33,374 nt of DNA, taken from positions 1 through 33,374 of the forward strand of contig JALAGF010001929.1 of the NCBI GenBank assembly GCA_030167865.1, read 5' to 3'. The first letter of the stretch is position 1, and the number at the start of each line of letters is the position of its first letter. This DNA comes from Craspedostauros australis (lineage: Eukaryota). Positions 9,292-20,163 of the stretch are shown piece after piece. Both the position numbers and the translations under genes were made by a program. Below the pieces are notes generated by a model. The model worked only from the letters and a program-made list of their open reading frames with translations. It did not search any database and was not told the DNA's origin.

Positions 9292-12200
9292 ATGGCGAAT
9301 CCAAACCATGAGAGCACGCCGTGGGACGACTACGACGACGAGAACGACGCAAGCAGTGACGACGGCAACCGCTACCCTCACGGCAACAATAACAATAATA
9401 ACAACAACAACAACAACAACAACAACGGCGAAGGCTCGTGGACTGCGGAACGACTGTGTCAGGCAACGTGCAGGGATCTGGGCGACAACCCAGATCAGGT
9501 GACCGACAAGTTCTTGGATCATCTCCTGACATCCGCGACGTGCTGCGCATCGCTCGAAGTGCTGCTGCAGTCTGCGTCAACCACGACAAGGGACTACAGG
9601 TGCGTATGAGCACGTAAGACCATCGATGGTCCTGATTGATTGCCTTGACTCGGCACGGAAGATAGCAGAGTGCTCTCTGCAATGGAACTTTGCCATTCCC
9701 ACCCACAATGCCATCGTCGCATCACTCACATTTCCTCGCGTACCATTGGCACATGTCTCACGCATACATGCCCACACATACGTATCATACTTCGTACTCA
9801 TGCCAACGCACCGCGGCAGTCTTCAAGTGGACATGTTCGAGATGTTGTCAGCTCGACCCGTTTTGGGTCATCTGCTGCTCAAGTACCCATCTTCCCTCAT
9901 CCCGCTGCTGGTGAATGCGATCGTCAAAGCACAGAAGCATCTGCAGAGCAGCAAAAGGAGTGGCAACACCAATGGCAACACCAATGGCAACATCAATGGC
10001 AACAGCAATGATGCTATCAGGGAGCCGACCTTCGTGAAGGGAGACAAAGGCAACGGCAAGGAGTTGCCATCCACGCGGGTTCACGCGCGGTTGGTCAATC
10101 TCCCACCGACATGCTGCCGATCTTCCATTGCGAAGATTGAAGCAGCGGATGTGGGCAAGATTATCCAGGTGTGCGGAACTGTCGTGCGGACGTCGCCCGT
10201 GCAGATGTACGAAAGCGCGAGGATTTACAAGTGCACTGGCAAGGAGGGGTGTTCCATGACCTTCTTCCAAAGCGCCGACCTGGAAGATCGCACCAACGCC
10301 CTTCGTAAGCCCATCCGTTGTCCCTTGATCCTGCAGTCGGGACAGCGCTGCAAAGGCACCAACTTCAAAGAAGTGGATGGCGGGTCCGTGCATACCGATT
10401 ACCAGGAGATCAAGATACAGGAAGGCGCGTCCAAGATCGGCGTCGGCAAGATCCCACAATCCCTCCTCATCAAGCTGGAGCACGACCTGGTGGACAACTG
10501 CCAGCCAGGCGACGAGGTGGTCGTCGTCGGTTCCATGATTGCGCAATGGTACTCACCCGGTTTGCCATCGGTCGATTGCAACATCGGAACAGCGTTGAAG
10601 GCGCACTCCATCCGAATCATCGAGGAGAATGGATCATCGGCATGGAAGAGCACCAAGGACGGTGGTTCCATGGACGGTCTGGAGAAGTTCCGCAAAGAAT
10701 TCGATGCATTCTGGAGGCAACCGCAGCACGAGACCAATCCCATTGCCGCGCGTGATTTTATTTGCCGCGGTGTCTGTCCCAAGCTCTACGGACTGCCGAT
10801 CGTCAAACTCGGTTTGATGCTGACGCTGATTGGCGGTGTCTCTTCGGATGCGTATGAACAGTCATCCGTTGATGAATACATTCAACGGGCGCAGGATGCC
10901 GAAGAGAACGATGCTGATCATGATGACGATGACGGCCGCGGCAGTGGTGATCGCAGCGTGGGGGATCAAGGGCCCGCTACGCATGGAGATTACAACCAAA
11001 ACCACAATGGTGACAATGACATCATGTTCCCCATGACTGCCACTCCTGTTCCTTTTCAGCTCATGGATCAGACACCAACAAACCAACCCACGTACTATGG
11101 ACAGGGCGGCGAACACAGGCCAAAGCCGCAGCGCTCCAGCAAGACGATCCAGACCCGCAGACGTGACATGTCCCACATGCTCATCGTTGGAGATCCTGGC
11201 ACAGGCAAGTCACAAATCTTGAGGTATGCAGCGGCGTTATGCCCACGATCGATCCTCACGACGGGGGTGGGAACAACGTCCGCCGGTCTCACCTGCGCCG
11301 CCGTTCGCGAAGGCAACGGGAAGGAATTTGCACTGGAGGCAGGTGCTCTGATTCTGGCCGACAAAGGCGTTTGCTGCATCGATGAGTTCGGTTGCATCAA
11401 GAGCGCGGATCGTACCACCATCCACGAAGCAATGGAACAGCAGACGCTGTCAGTTGCCAAGGCGGGCATCGTGTGCAAACTCAATTGCAGAACGACCATC
11501 ATCGCCGTCATGAACCCACGTGACTACATCTATGACAACAACGCATGCCTCTCCACGAATACGGGCCTTGGAACTCCCCTCCTGTCTCGCTTCGACATCA
11601 TCTTCAAGCTCGTGGACAGCCCTGATATTGAGCGCGATGACAAGGTCACGACGTTTCTTCTCAATCGCGCCATCCAGGTGAGTTTCTCGCTACTTCATTG
11701 GTTGATTGTGGTAGACATACTTGCAAGTTCTCCGTACTCGTATGATGTTGATTTTCATCCTGTTGCTCTGCCTGGCTGCATGCCGGCGATCTGGTCTTTT
11801 AGGCGGCGAATTCGCAGAATCGACTATTGATGCTGCATCTACGACCGCAGCTGCTTGGCTCACCATTGGTTGCTCCATTCTCCTCTGCTCTAATCGCTTC
11901 CGTTTGATCAACTGCTGCCACTTCAGGGATCCGGATTGGAATGTGCAGGCGGCACCGACGACGGCGGCCTGTGGACGCTCGACAAGCTGCGGGCGTACAT
12001 TTCCATCGTGAAGGAACAGTTCCAGCCTGCGATGAGCGATCAAGCGGCCATGCTCTTGGAGAGGCACTATGAGAAGATCCGTTCCTCCAGGCAGTCCATC
12101 ATCCCCATCACCGTCCGGTTCCTGGAATCATTGATCCGCTTGTCGCAAGCGCACGCGCGGCTGATGTTCCGCAATTCCGTGTCGTTGGAGGATGCTGTGG

Positions 12201-12583
12201 CGGTGCTCCGAGTCATGGAGTGCAGCGCGTTCGCCTACGGCGGTTTCGATGGAGACGTCGATGACTACGAGAACTTCCTGTACTGCGACCCCATGTCCAT
12301 GCACTCTGGCTGTGATGAACCGGATGAAGAGTTCCTCTGTTTCACGTACCGCATCCTCAAACGATACGACATGCTGGATCATCTCGACCCCGACCTGCAG
12401 CAAAAGGCAGAAGATGCCATCGGCATGGTGGACATCCACAACGCGGTTGAACCTCCAGACAGCGGCTGGGATGAGACAGAGCACCCGCGAGACAAGAACG
12501 CCCCTGGGATGCTGTACGACCACTACGGCAGGTCCTACTTCGATTCACCCGAGAACAGAGCAAAGCGAGTTCGCCATCGTTGA
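9292..12583 (+). CDS. MCM9: DNA helicase MCM9 (~940 aa, 3 exons)
   Basis: Exons 9292..9599, 9820..11677 and 11927..12583. Introns 9600..9819 (GTGCGT...GCAG, phase 2) and 11678..11926 (GTGAGT...TTCAG, phase 0) keep frame. Motifs: GTVVRTS, C4 zinc finger, DYQEIKIQE, Walker [10 protein letters not shown] (11189), [10 protein letters not shown], Walker [23 protein letters not shown], Arg finger LLSRFD and [45 protein letters not shown] and AGIVCKLN are MCM9-like rather than MCM2-8-like. Confidence 0.9.
9385..9426 (+). repeat. AAC/AAT trinucleotide repeat encoding poly-Asn (14 N) in MCM9 exon 1
   Basis: Read directly from the sequence; in frame. Confidence 0.9.
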
Positions 12584-13148
12584 TTTGAGAGCCTTTGAAT
12601 GTTTCCATGATATGATATCATTTTGCGATGGTTCAGAGCGTTCTGCTTCCAACCACTCCCGTTGGCTACATTATTGCCATTGCAAATGTTGGGATGTTAG
12701 GATGTGAGCGTGTCATGTGGACATGGCAACGTCAGCTTCAAGCACGGCGATGTGAGGAGCACTGCCTGGTCGTATGGTACCTCCTCTTGAGAACATGACT
12801 CTCTAGCTTCGTTTGTCTTTCAAGATATCCGTCTGTACGTCCAACAGGCGAGGCCCAACAACACAAGCGAGACGACTGTTTCGACCAACCACCAGCAACT
12901 TCGGTGCAGATTTCGCGCCACAAAAACAACACACCAAAACACAAACACTCGTTTCGGGTGTTGTTTGTATTCTGCACCCAACGCGAATGGGAGATCATGT
13001 TCCGACCACCATTTGAGCGAGACCATAGTCGTCGAGTGACACGGAAGCATCGTTTGCATCGATTGCACCTGCTGAAGGTGTCGGAGGAAGAACACGATAC
13101 AACACACAGCACCGTTGCAACTGCATAGCTGAACAAGTGAGCAGGTTG

Positions 13149-14698
13149 ATGACCATGACAGACTCGGAGCAAGCTGAGGAGAACGATGATCTGAACGACG
13201 ACTTTCTTCGCTTCGATGAATCGGATGATGACAGCAGCAGTGGCGGCGGCCAAGCCACAGGCGGCAAAGAGAACAGCAAGAAACGCAGGAGGGAGGAAGA
13301 CGGTGACGGCGGTGCAGCTCGGAATCAAGATGGATCAACGACGCAAGATGGACGACCGGCCGATGAGCCACCTCCGTGGATGGAGATGGCGTCTCAAGGT
13401 TCGGCGTTCGAAGACATGCATCCCATGATTCAGCTGCACAACGAGATTGTGGGATTCTGCAATCTCATGGAACCGAGACCGGAAGAGCTCGAGAAACGGC
13501 AGGAATTGGTGGAGAGGTTCACCAAGCTGGTCAAGAAGACGTTTGGTGACGACGCTGACGTCGAAGTCTTCGGCTCGCAGGTCACCGGCCTGTGTTTGCC
13601 GACGTCGGATATTGACATTGCCATCCAGATCCCCAGCGATGAAACCGACGGTGACAATGCTGCTGCTGCTGATGCCACCGACGAAGACATACTGAAAAGC
13701 ATGAAGGCGAAGGAAAGCCCGTTGGTGAGGCTGGGCAGCGTCCTGCAAACGGAATGGAAGGATGAGCTGTCATACCTGGAGGTCATTGAGAACACCCGTG
13801 TCCCGCTGGTCAAGTTCATCATGGCATCGTCCAACATCCCCGTCGACGTCTGCTTCAACCAGGATACTGGACCATCAGCAGCCAAGCTCGTCAAGCAGTA
13901 CATGGAGATCATGCCGCCACTGCGGCCGCTCACATTCGTTCTCAAATACTTCCTAGCGGCAAGAGCCTTGAATCAGGTGAGTGCGATGAGATTGAACCTC
14001 CCGTGGCAGTGGTTTTATCCAGATCATGCGTCCATATGTCGATCCATCAATTAATCTGTGTGGAGTATCCACACCCTTTGCTCTATTGCGCTCTCATAGA
14101 CAAAGTAGAGCCAAGCGAAAGAGTACTTCTCACACCATCTCACAACACGCACGCATCCATCCATTCGTCCATCTGTCCATGCACATCCAATTCTTAGCCA
14201 TATTCTGGCGGAGTCGGCAGCTTCATGCTCCAGATGATGATCCTTTCCTTCTTGCAGCATAGAGAACGCGAGGCCATCCACTATCGCAACCCATGCCAAC
14301 AGAATCTCGGTGCCATGCTCATCGACTTTCTGGTCCTGTACAGCACAGACTTCAACTACATCACCACCGGCTTCACGGTCCGATTTGATGGAATGTACTT
14401 CCCTAAGGGCGCCTCCGATCGCAAAGAATTCTTCTGGCAGGAGAGCAGGGCATTCAGCTTGGCGATCGAGAATCCTTTGGAACCCACGGCCGATGTGGGC
14501 AAGCCATCATTTCGCATGCAGACCGTGCAGCGCGCCTTCGAGGTGGCGTACAAGCTGCTGCTGCATCGGATGTACGAGCCGAAGGAGAACAGCCCCTCCT
14601 TGCTCGCCTGCTTGCTGCCGACCACAGATGAGATGGTGGAAAGACGAACGATGAACAACACGAACGAGGCAGCCAACGTTATCGTCATCAACTACTGA
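13149..14698 (+). CDS. Non-canonical poly(A) polymerase, Trf4/Trf5/PAPD5 (TENT4) family (~442 aa, 2 exons)
   Basis: Exons 13149..13976 and 14198..14698. The phase-0 intron 13977..14197 (GTGAGT...CTTAG) joins LNQ to PYSGGVGSF. Motifs: LHNEIVGF, Pol-beta NTase signature VFGSQVTGLCLPTSDIDIAI, RVPLVKF, third Asp in VDVCFN, LKYFL, and PAP-associated NLGAML...LAIENPLEPTADVGK. The start could be 13149 or 13155. Confidence 0.9.
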
Positions 14699-15676
14699 AG
14701 AGGGAGGGAGAGAAAGAAATGCATTTCAGCGTGCCATGTCACCACAGCCATCTTGGGAACATAGCACGCACGTGCCACTGCGGATGGATCAGATTGTACT
14801 CCAAGGTAATAGTAGCAGGGTGCCTGTGTATTAGCTTGTTACTGATTCTGTTGAGTTGCTTTTGTTGTCTTCCTGCTCTTCCGATCGAAGTTAGTTGAGT
14901 TGATGCTGGACAGCAGACATGTGTTCAGGCATTATGCAACAATCAGATAATGTTCTCGCTCTCTAAAAGCATGCGTGTGATTTAAGGCATCGCATGTCAT
15001 CCCTCAGTCATCAAAGGTTTAATTCGTGCGCGTGTACGAGTACGCATGGCGCCGTACCGTACGTAGAAGTAGTTTGCAGAATGATCCATGAAAGCGACGA
15101 TGGTTCGATCCATCGACCGGTGCGACAAACAAACCGTTGTAGAGTATTACGAGTACGTATGCGGCACTGCAAGCGATGCGCAGGTGCCCTGTATCGAGCT
15201 TGAACGAGACATGCATCGAAAAATGATAGAATAACATCGACACGAACGATCGCCCAACGATGGTGGCTGCGGAAAACGAACGAGTGCATATCACCTCATG
15301 ACCAGCGGCAGCAGAAGTACGGACAAATGTTTCGCACACACCAGCCATGCCTCTCTCCTCAAGGCACCGATACAACTTCATCGATGCGTCCGTTCCACCT
15401 CTCATCCCTTCATCCAATCCCTCCACCCACCATCATTGATGCCCAAGTTTGGAAACGTCGATTCGGGAAGTCTTCATGCATAACGTGCAACCATGCATTA
15501 CATGCAACCATCCATCCCTTCATCCACCCGCATGTCGAGAAAGCGCATGTTGGACAGTCAGCATCGTGGAAACAGCCTGGGAAGCTTGGAACGCAAACCT
15601 CCCATGTCTCCAGTCGCATTCTTCCCAAAATCGTCACGCAATCTCGACATCGCCATGGGGTTCCTTGATGGCCAAC

Positions 15677-18151
15677 TTACGGCATGCCGGCTGGCTTGTC
15701 CCATTGGGTGGCGCCGGTCCTTTCGTTGTAGTAATAGACCTGGCCGTCCGCGGAGGAGGCGCTCTTCCACTCAGAAGGAGCCGGGGTGGGTTGTCCATAA
15801 GGTGGGTTGGCGGCTGGTGGGACCGGCGCTGCACTATAGCCACCGTAGGCATTGTTCTGCTGGTACGGAGAAGGCTGTCCGTATTGCGCCTGCGGTGGCT
15901 GCTGCTGTTGTTGCATCGGTGGCTGGTACATCTGGGGTTGGTTTTGTTGGCCGTAGCCGGGGTTGTTCTGGCCACCGTATGGCTGGTAAGGCTGCTGCTG
16001 CTGTTGCATCATTCCATGCTGTTGGTGCTGCTGATGCTGTGGCCTGTAGCCGCCGTAATGGTTACCTCCGCCACCACCACCTCCGCCGCCGCCACCGGCT
16101 GTTCACAAGTTTGAAGTGAGAGATTGAGATTGAGAGAAATGCATTGAATGAAAAAAAAAGAACCATGTGAGTGATCGATGCAAAGTGAATTAAGCTGTTG
16201 TTGTCGCAACGTGGCGCCACACACAAACAGCACATAATCAGCATGCAATGCTGTGCTCAAGATGAGCGACTTACCGTTTCCACCCGCGTAGGGATGGTTG
16301 GGGCCGCTTTCGATGATCTCTTGGATCATTTGCTTGACAGACGCAATGCCCTGCGGTGTACCGCGGATGCTGACGTCGCAATCTTGACCTGGCAAGACGT
16401 CCTGGTTGATCTGGATGTCACAACCGGAACGACGTTGCAAATCGTTGATGGTGACACCCTTCTGGCCGATGATCCTGCCCATGAATTGCTTCTGCACCGG
16501 GATGCTCTCCATGCTTGGGCCACCTGGACCACCGCCGCCTCCTGGACCGCCTCCTCCACCGTGGCCGTACTGCGACCCCCCGGAGTTTCCATAGTGGTGA
16601 TTGTGGCCGCCGCCGCCGCCTCCTCCTCCGCCGTATGAGTTGCCACCGTAACCAGAGTTGTTGTGACGTCCGTAACCGCCTCCTCCTCCTCCGTACATCT
16701 GAGGTTCGGGCTGCATGCCTTGTCCCATGTTCGGGAGGTTGGGGTATGGTGGGCCGCTGCCCCACACTCCGCCACCACGCTGCTTGTCATCGCTGAGCAT
16801 GTTGATCGCCTGCATGGCATCCATCATGGGGTTGGCGACAAGGAAGAGCACCATCTCGCGGGCCTTGATGACGGACTGATCCGTACCCGTGAGGGTGACC
16901 TTCTTCTGGGTGGGGTCCATGCCGTGCTGGGCGCTGTGATCAACCTGAATCTTCGCGTGCGACCTGGACTGGAGCTCGCGAATCATCTCACCGCCGCGGC
17001 CGATGATCTTTCCCACGGACTGGGCAGGCACCATGAGCTCTTCGCGCTTGGCATCTCCCAGCGGCAGGTCGATGTTGGCCCCGTTGTCTTGGCACAGCAT
17101 GTTGACGAGCTGCTTCGCGAAGCCGACCTTGTGGCGCAACCCACGGTAGGTGATGACGCGCGGGTGATTCGGAGGAACGTTCTGGTCGACGTCGATCTTG
17201 CATCCGGAGCGTGCCTGCAGATCGCGAATCATCTCACCTCCCTTTCCAATGACACGGCCGACGTAGAGCGGGGACACTTCACCCTTCTCTTCGGCGATCT
17301 CATTGGCTGCGTCGACCGCTGATGGTGCGGGGGCAGGTGCTGGCGTCGCTGCTGGTGGTGGCACAGCCGGCGCAGGCGCTGGTGCGGCAACTGGCTCTGG
17401 TGCTGCCGGTGGGGGCACAGTAGGTGCCGCTGCCGCCGGCGCAGGTGCTGTCGCTGCTGGTGCAGGAACTTCAGGTGCGGGCGTGTCGGCTGCTGGTGGA
17501 ACCGCTGCTGCTTCAGGCGCTGGTTCAGCAGGCTTTTCAGCCGCTGCAGGTTCCGTGGTCTGATCAGCGGCTGGGGCAGGTGCAGCGACAGGGGCAGTAG
17601 CTGCAGGAGCAGCCTCAGTGGCAGCCGGCGCGACCTTCATCTGCTTTGCGGCAGGCTCTGCGAAAAGCAAAGCCAACAGGGGATAGGCATAACAGGTGGA
17701 GCATTGGATTTGGTTGGATGGTTGGTTCGTTGGTTCGAATTCAGTCCAATTGGGTCAGTCGAGCGCGATCGATGAGGATCGGAAGTCATCGGATGTAGTC
17801 GGATGATCACATCAAAAGAAGAGGACACAACAGAAGTTAAGAAGAAGGGAACATGCATGCATGATGTGAGGAATCAACGATGGTATACGAATGGCCTTTC
17901 GCGCCAACATGATGCTGATGCATTCAACAATATGATCAAACAAACACTCCGGTGGGACACTTTATTCTCTTGCGCTATTCAACTCGACGCAACGCAACGG
18001 TAAACGCGAAGAGCTCCGCATCGCATAGTAATTCGGCTAATTTGAGAATACGAAACGCACCTGCGGATGCTGGATCTTCAGCGCCATCGGCTTCCTCTCG
18101 CGGACGCTTGGCATCCGGCGCAGCTGGAGCGGCTTCATCGACAGTGCTCAT
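15677..18151 (-). CDS. KH-domain RNA-binding protein (3 type-I KH domains, FUBP/KHSRP-like) with C-terminal WW domain (~631 aa, 3 exons)
   Basis: Exons 18151..18061 (MSTVDEAAP...), 17657..16275 and 16098..15677. Introns 18060..17658 (GTGCGT...GCAG) and 16274..16099 (GTAAGT...ACAG) are both phase 1 and keep frame. KH GxxG loops: GRVIGKGG, GKIIGRGG, GRIIGQKG. WW domain: SEWKSASSADGQVYYYNERTGATQWDKP. Confidence 0.88.
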
Positions 18152-18835
18152 GGTCTTCGCTCGATCTCTTTCCTCTTGGGTCTGTGGAGTGGGTTGGTTT
18201 GGACAGGGGCTGCTGTTGTCTGCCTTGGCTTTGTTGTGTTGTATCGGAAGGCAGCGAACAGTTGATGATGATGTTGACGATGCGACGCGAGGGAACTCGA
18301 GTCTTCAGGTACTCTCTGCACTTGTGAAGTGTCTCCTTGCACCGCAACCGTCGTCGCTGCTGTCGATGCCAAGAGTTCGCAAGTTCCATCGATTTTTTGG
18401 CTGCAACCGCTGCTTCGGAGGGTGATGCGGATTCGTGGTTGACGACGTGTCTCCGCGCGAAAGGCAACGAGCGCCCACGATGTGAAACACGGTTCGTGAA
18501 GTTTGGGTCATCACGATCATCGCGTCCTTGATTGGTTGGTTGTCGTGATGGCCGTTTCGCTCTTTCCGTTGAGAAGCACGATATTACATGTATAGTTTGT
18601 CTACAAAGCGCTGAGTATGTACCTGTTGTCCATATACTATATATGTCGTATATTATTATTGTGGCGCCAAAATTCTCTCCTCCATCCAACCAAAATGTTT
18701 TAGCCAGAGGCAGCCACCCACTGCAGACGGCGTGTTCTGCTGAAGTGCGTTCATCATTCCAAAGAAGGAATAGGTGCTATCCAAACAGATTATAGTATTG
18801 TAATAGTGGAATAGAGTTGAATGTAATTCGCGAAG

Positions 18836-19927
18836 ATGAAGAAGAGAAGGAAACAATCGGGGACGCCTTTCGACAGAAAGCGACAACTAAAACATGGAGA
18901 TTGGGCAGAGCATGATGAACATGATTCCGATGCGGTGAAGGAGGTCAACGCACGCCGTCCACAGCATGCAGACTCCGCATCAACGAGCAGCGTTAACAGA
19001 AGCAACGGTAGAAGCAATGGAAATGGCAGTGGGAACGCCATTCGGACGTACAATAACAAGTACCCATACGAGGTGCATTACAATGATCACTTCGAGACAT
19101 CAAACGAGGCGTACGAAGATGTTGCGGACTGCATCATCGACGCGCTGTTGAAATCGGTGCTGGATCCACGATCCCGCAAGGAAGCGCAGCTCTACGATCC
19201 GTACTACTGCGACGGCAGAACCAAGGATCTGCTGCGCGACTTGGGTTTCGCCAACGTCCATCACGAGCGTAAGGACTTTTACAAGGACATGCGACAGGAT
19301 ACGATACCCCCGCATCACATCTTCATCACCAACCCACCCTACTCCGACCAGCACAAGATCAAGTGCCTGCAATTCTGCCACCGACAGTACATCGAGAACG
19401 GAACGCCCTTCCTGCTGCTCATGCCAGCCTACGTGGCGGTGCGGCAGTACTACGCCACCACCTTGCGACAGATCCTGCCAGATGTCATCTACCTCGTGCC
19501 CTCCACCAAATACGAGTACGACCACCCGGAGGGCACGGGACATTCCACGTCACCGTTCCAGTCTCTATGGTTCTGCTGTGTCGGTCGATCGCATGTGAGT
19601 GACGTGCGGCAGCACGTCGACCAACTGCAGTGGACGGCAACGAGGGACAAACCACGCATTGCAACATCCGTGCAGGAATTGGAACGCCTGGGTTGCGTGT
19701 CCACGCAAAAACGGCCCAACCCCAGGCAACGCAAGAAGAACAGAGTCAAGTCGAAGGGTTCCGCGGATGCTCCATCTGCGAGCGCGAAACGGTCAGAGAA
19801 AGAGAAGAATGCACCGTCGTCAAGCAAAGCACAAGCGTCCTCCGCCACCACGTCCACACCGACTGCCAAATCCAAGTCCAGCAAGTACCGTGACCAAGAC
19901 GGCCAACGAAAGCGCAGAAGATTTTAA
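18836..19927 (+). CDS. Putative SAM-dependent amino-methyltransferase (NPPY motif; N6-adenine MTase-like)
   Basis: 363-aa intronless ORF. Motif X-like DHFETS (19085), motif I-like LYDPYYCDG (19190-19216), KDFY, motif IV FITNPPYS (NPPY at 19331-19342), then PFLLLMP. Basic NLS-like ends (MKKRRK; RKRRRF). The gene is well supported; the substrate is unknown. Confidence 0.7.
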   Translation: MKKRRKQSGTPFDRKRQLKHGDWAEHDEHDSDAVKEVNARRPQHADSASTSSVNRSNGRSNGNGSGNAIRTYNNKYPYEVHYNDHFETSNEAYEDVADCIIDALLKSVLDPRSRKEAQLYDPYYCDGRTKDLLRDLGFANVHHERKDFYKDMRQDTIPPHHIFITNPPYSDQHKIKCLQFCHRQYIENGTPFLLLMPAYVAVRQYYATTLRQILPDVIYLVPSTKYEYDHPEGTGHSTSPFQSLWFCCVGRSHVSDVRQHVDQLQWTATRDKPRIATSVQELERLGCVSTQKRPNPRQRKKNRVKSKGSADAPSASAKRSEKEKNAPSSSKAQASSATTSTPTAKSKSSKYRDQDGQRKRRRF

Positions 19928-20163
19928 GCAATTGTTCTGTTGCTCTATTACTGCAGGGCACGAGTAAGGGATGAGCCAATCATCGCGTCTTGCCGCAGAG
20001 TTCAGATCAGTTCAGTTGAGTGGAGTGAAATAGAGCATTGCATCATTTGTACTTTATTTAAGTGACAGTATGTAGAATAGTGCAGTTGGCCATTGTGGAG
20101 TGCAGCACGAATGTATGGTAATCCTTGATGAAACCTGGCGAGTAAGATGGAATCGCCACGCCC

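Noticed and set aside
10852..11059. Possible extra MCM9 intron (GTATGA...TTTTCAG)
   Set aside because: Its 208-nt length would shift the frame before Walker A, while the unspliced frame is open.
15449..16119. Plus-strand ORFs of 221 and 208 aa
   Set aside because: Antisense shadows of the Q/P/G-rich last exon and 3' UTR of the KH/WW gene.
17727..17747. GGTTCGAATTC resembling a tRNA T-loop / Pol III B-box
   Set aside because: No proper T-stem, acceptor stem or cloverleaf; it sits in (TTGG)-rich sequence of KH intron 1.
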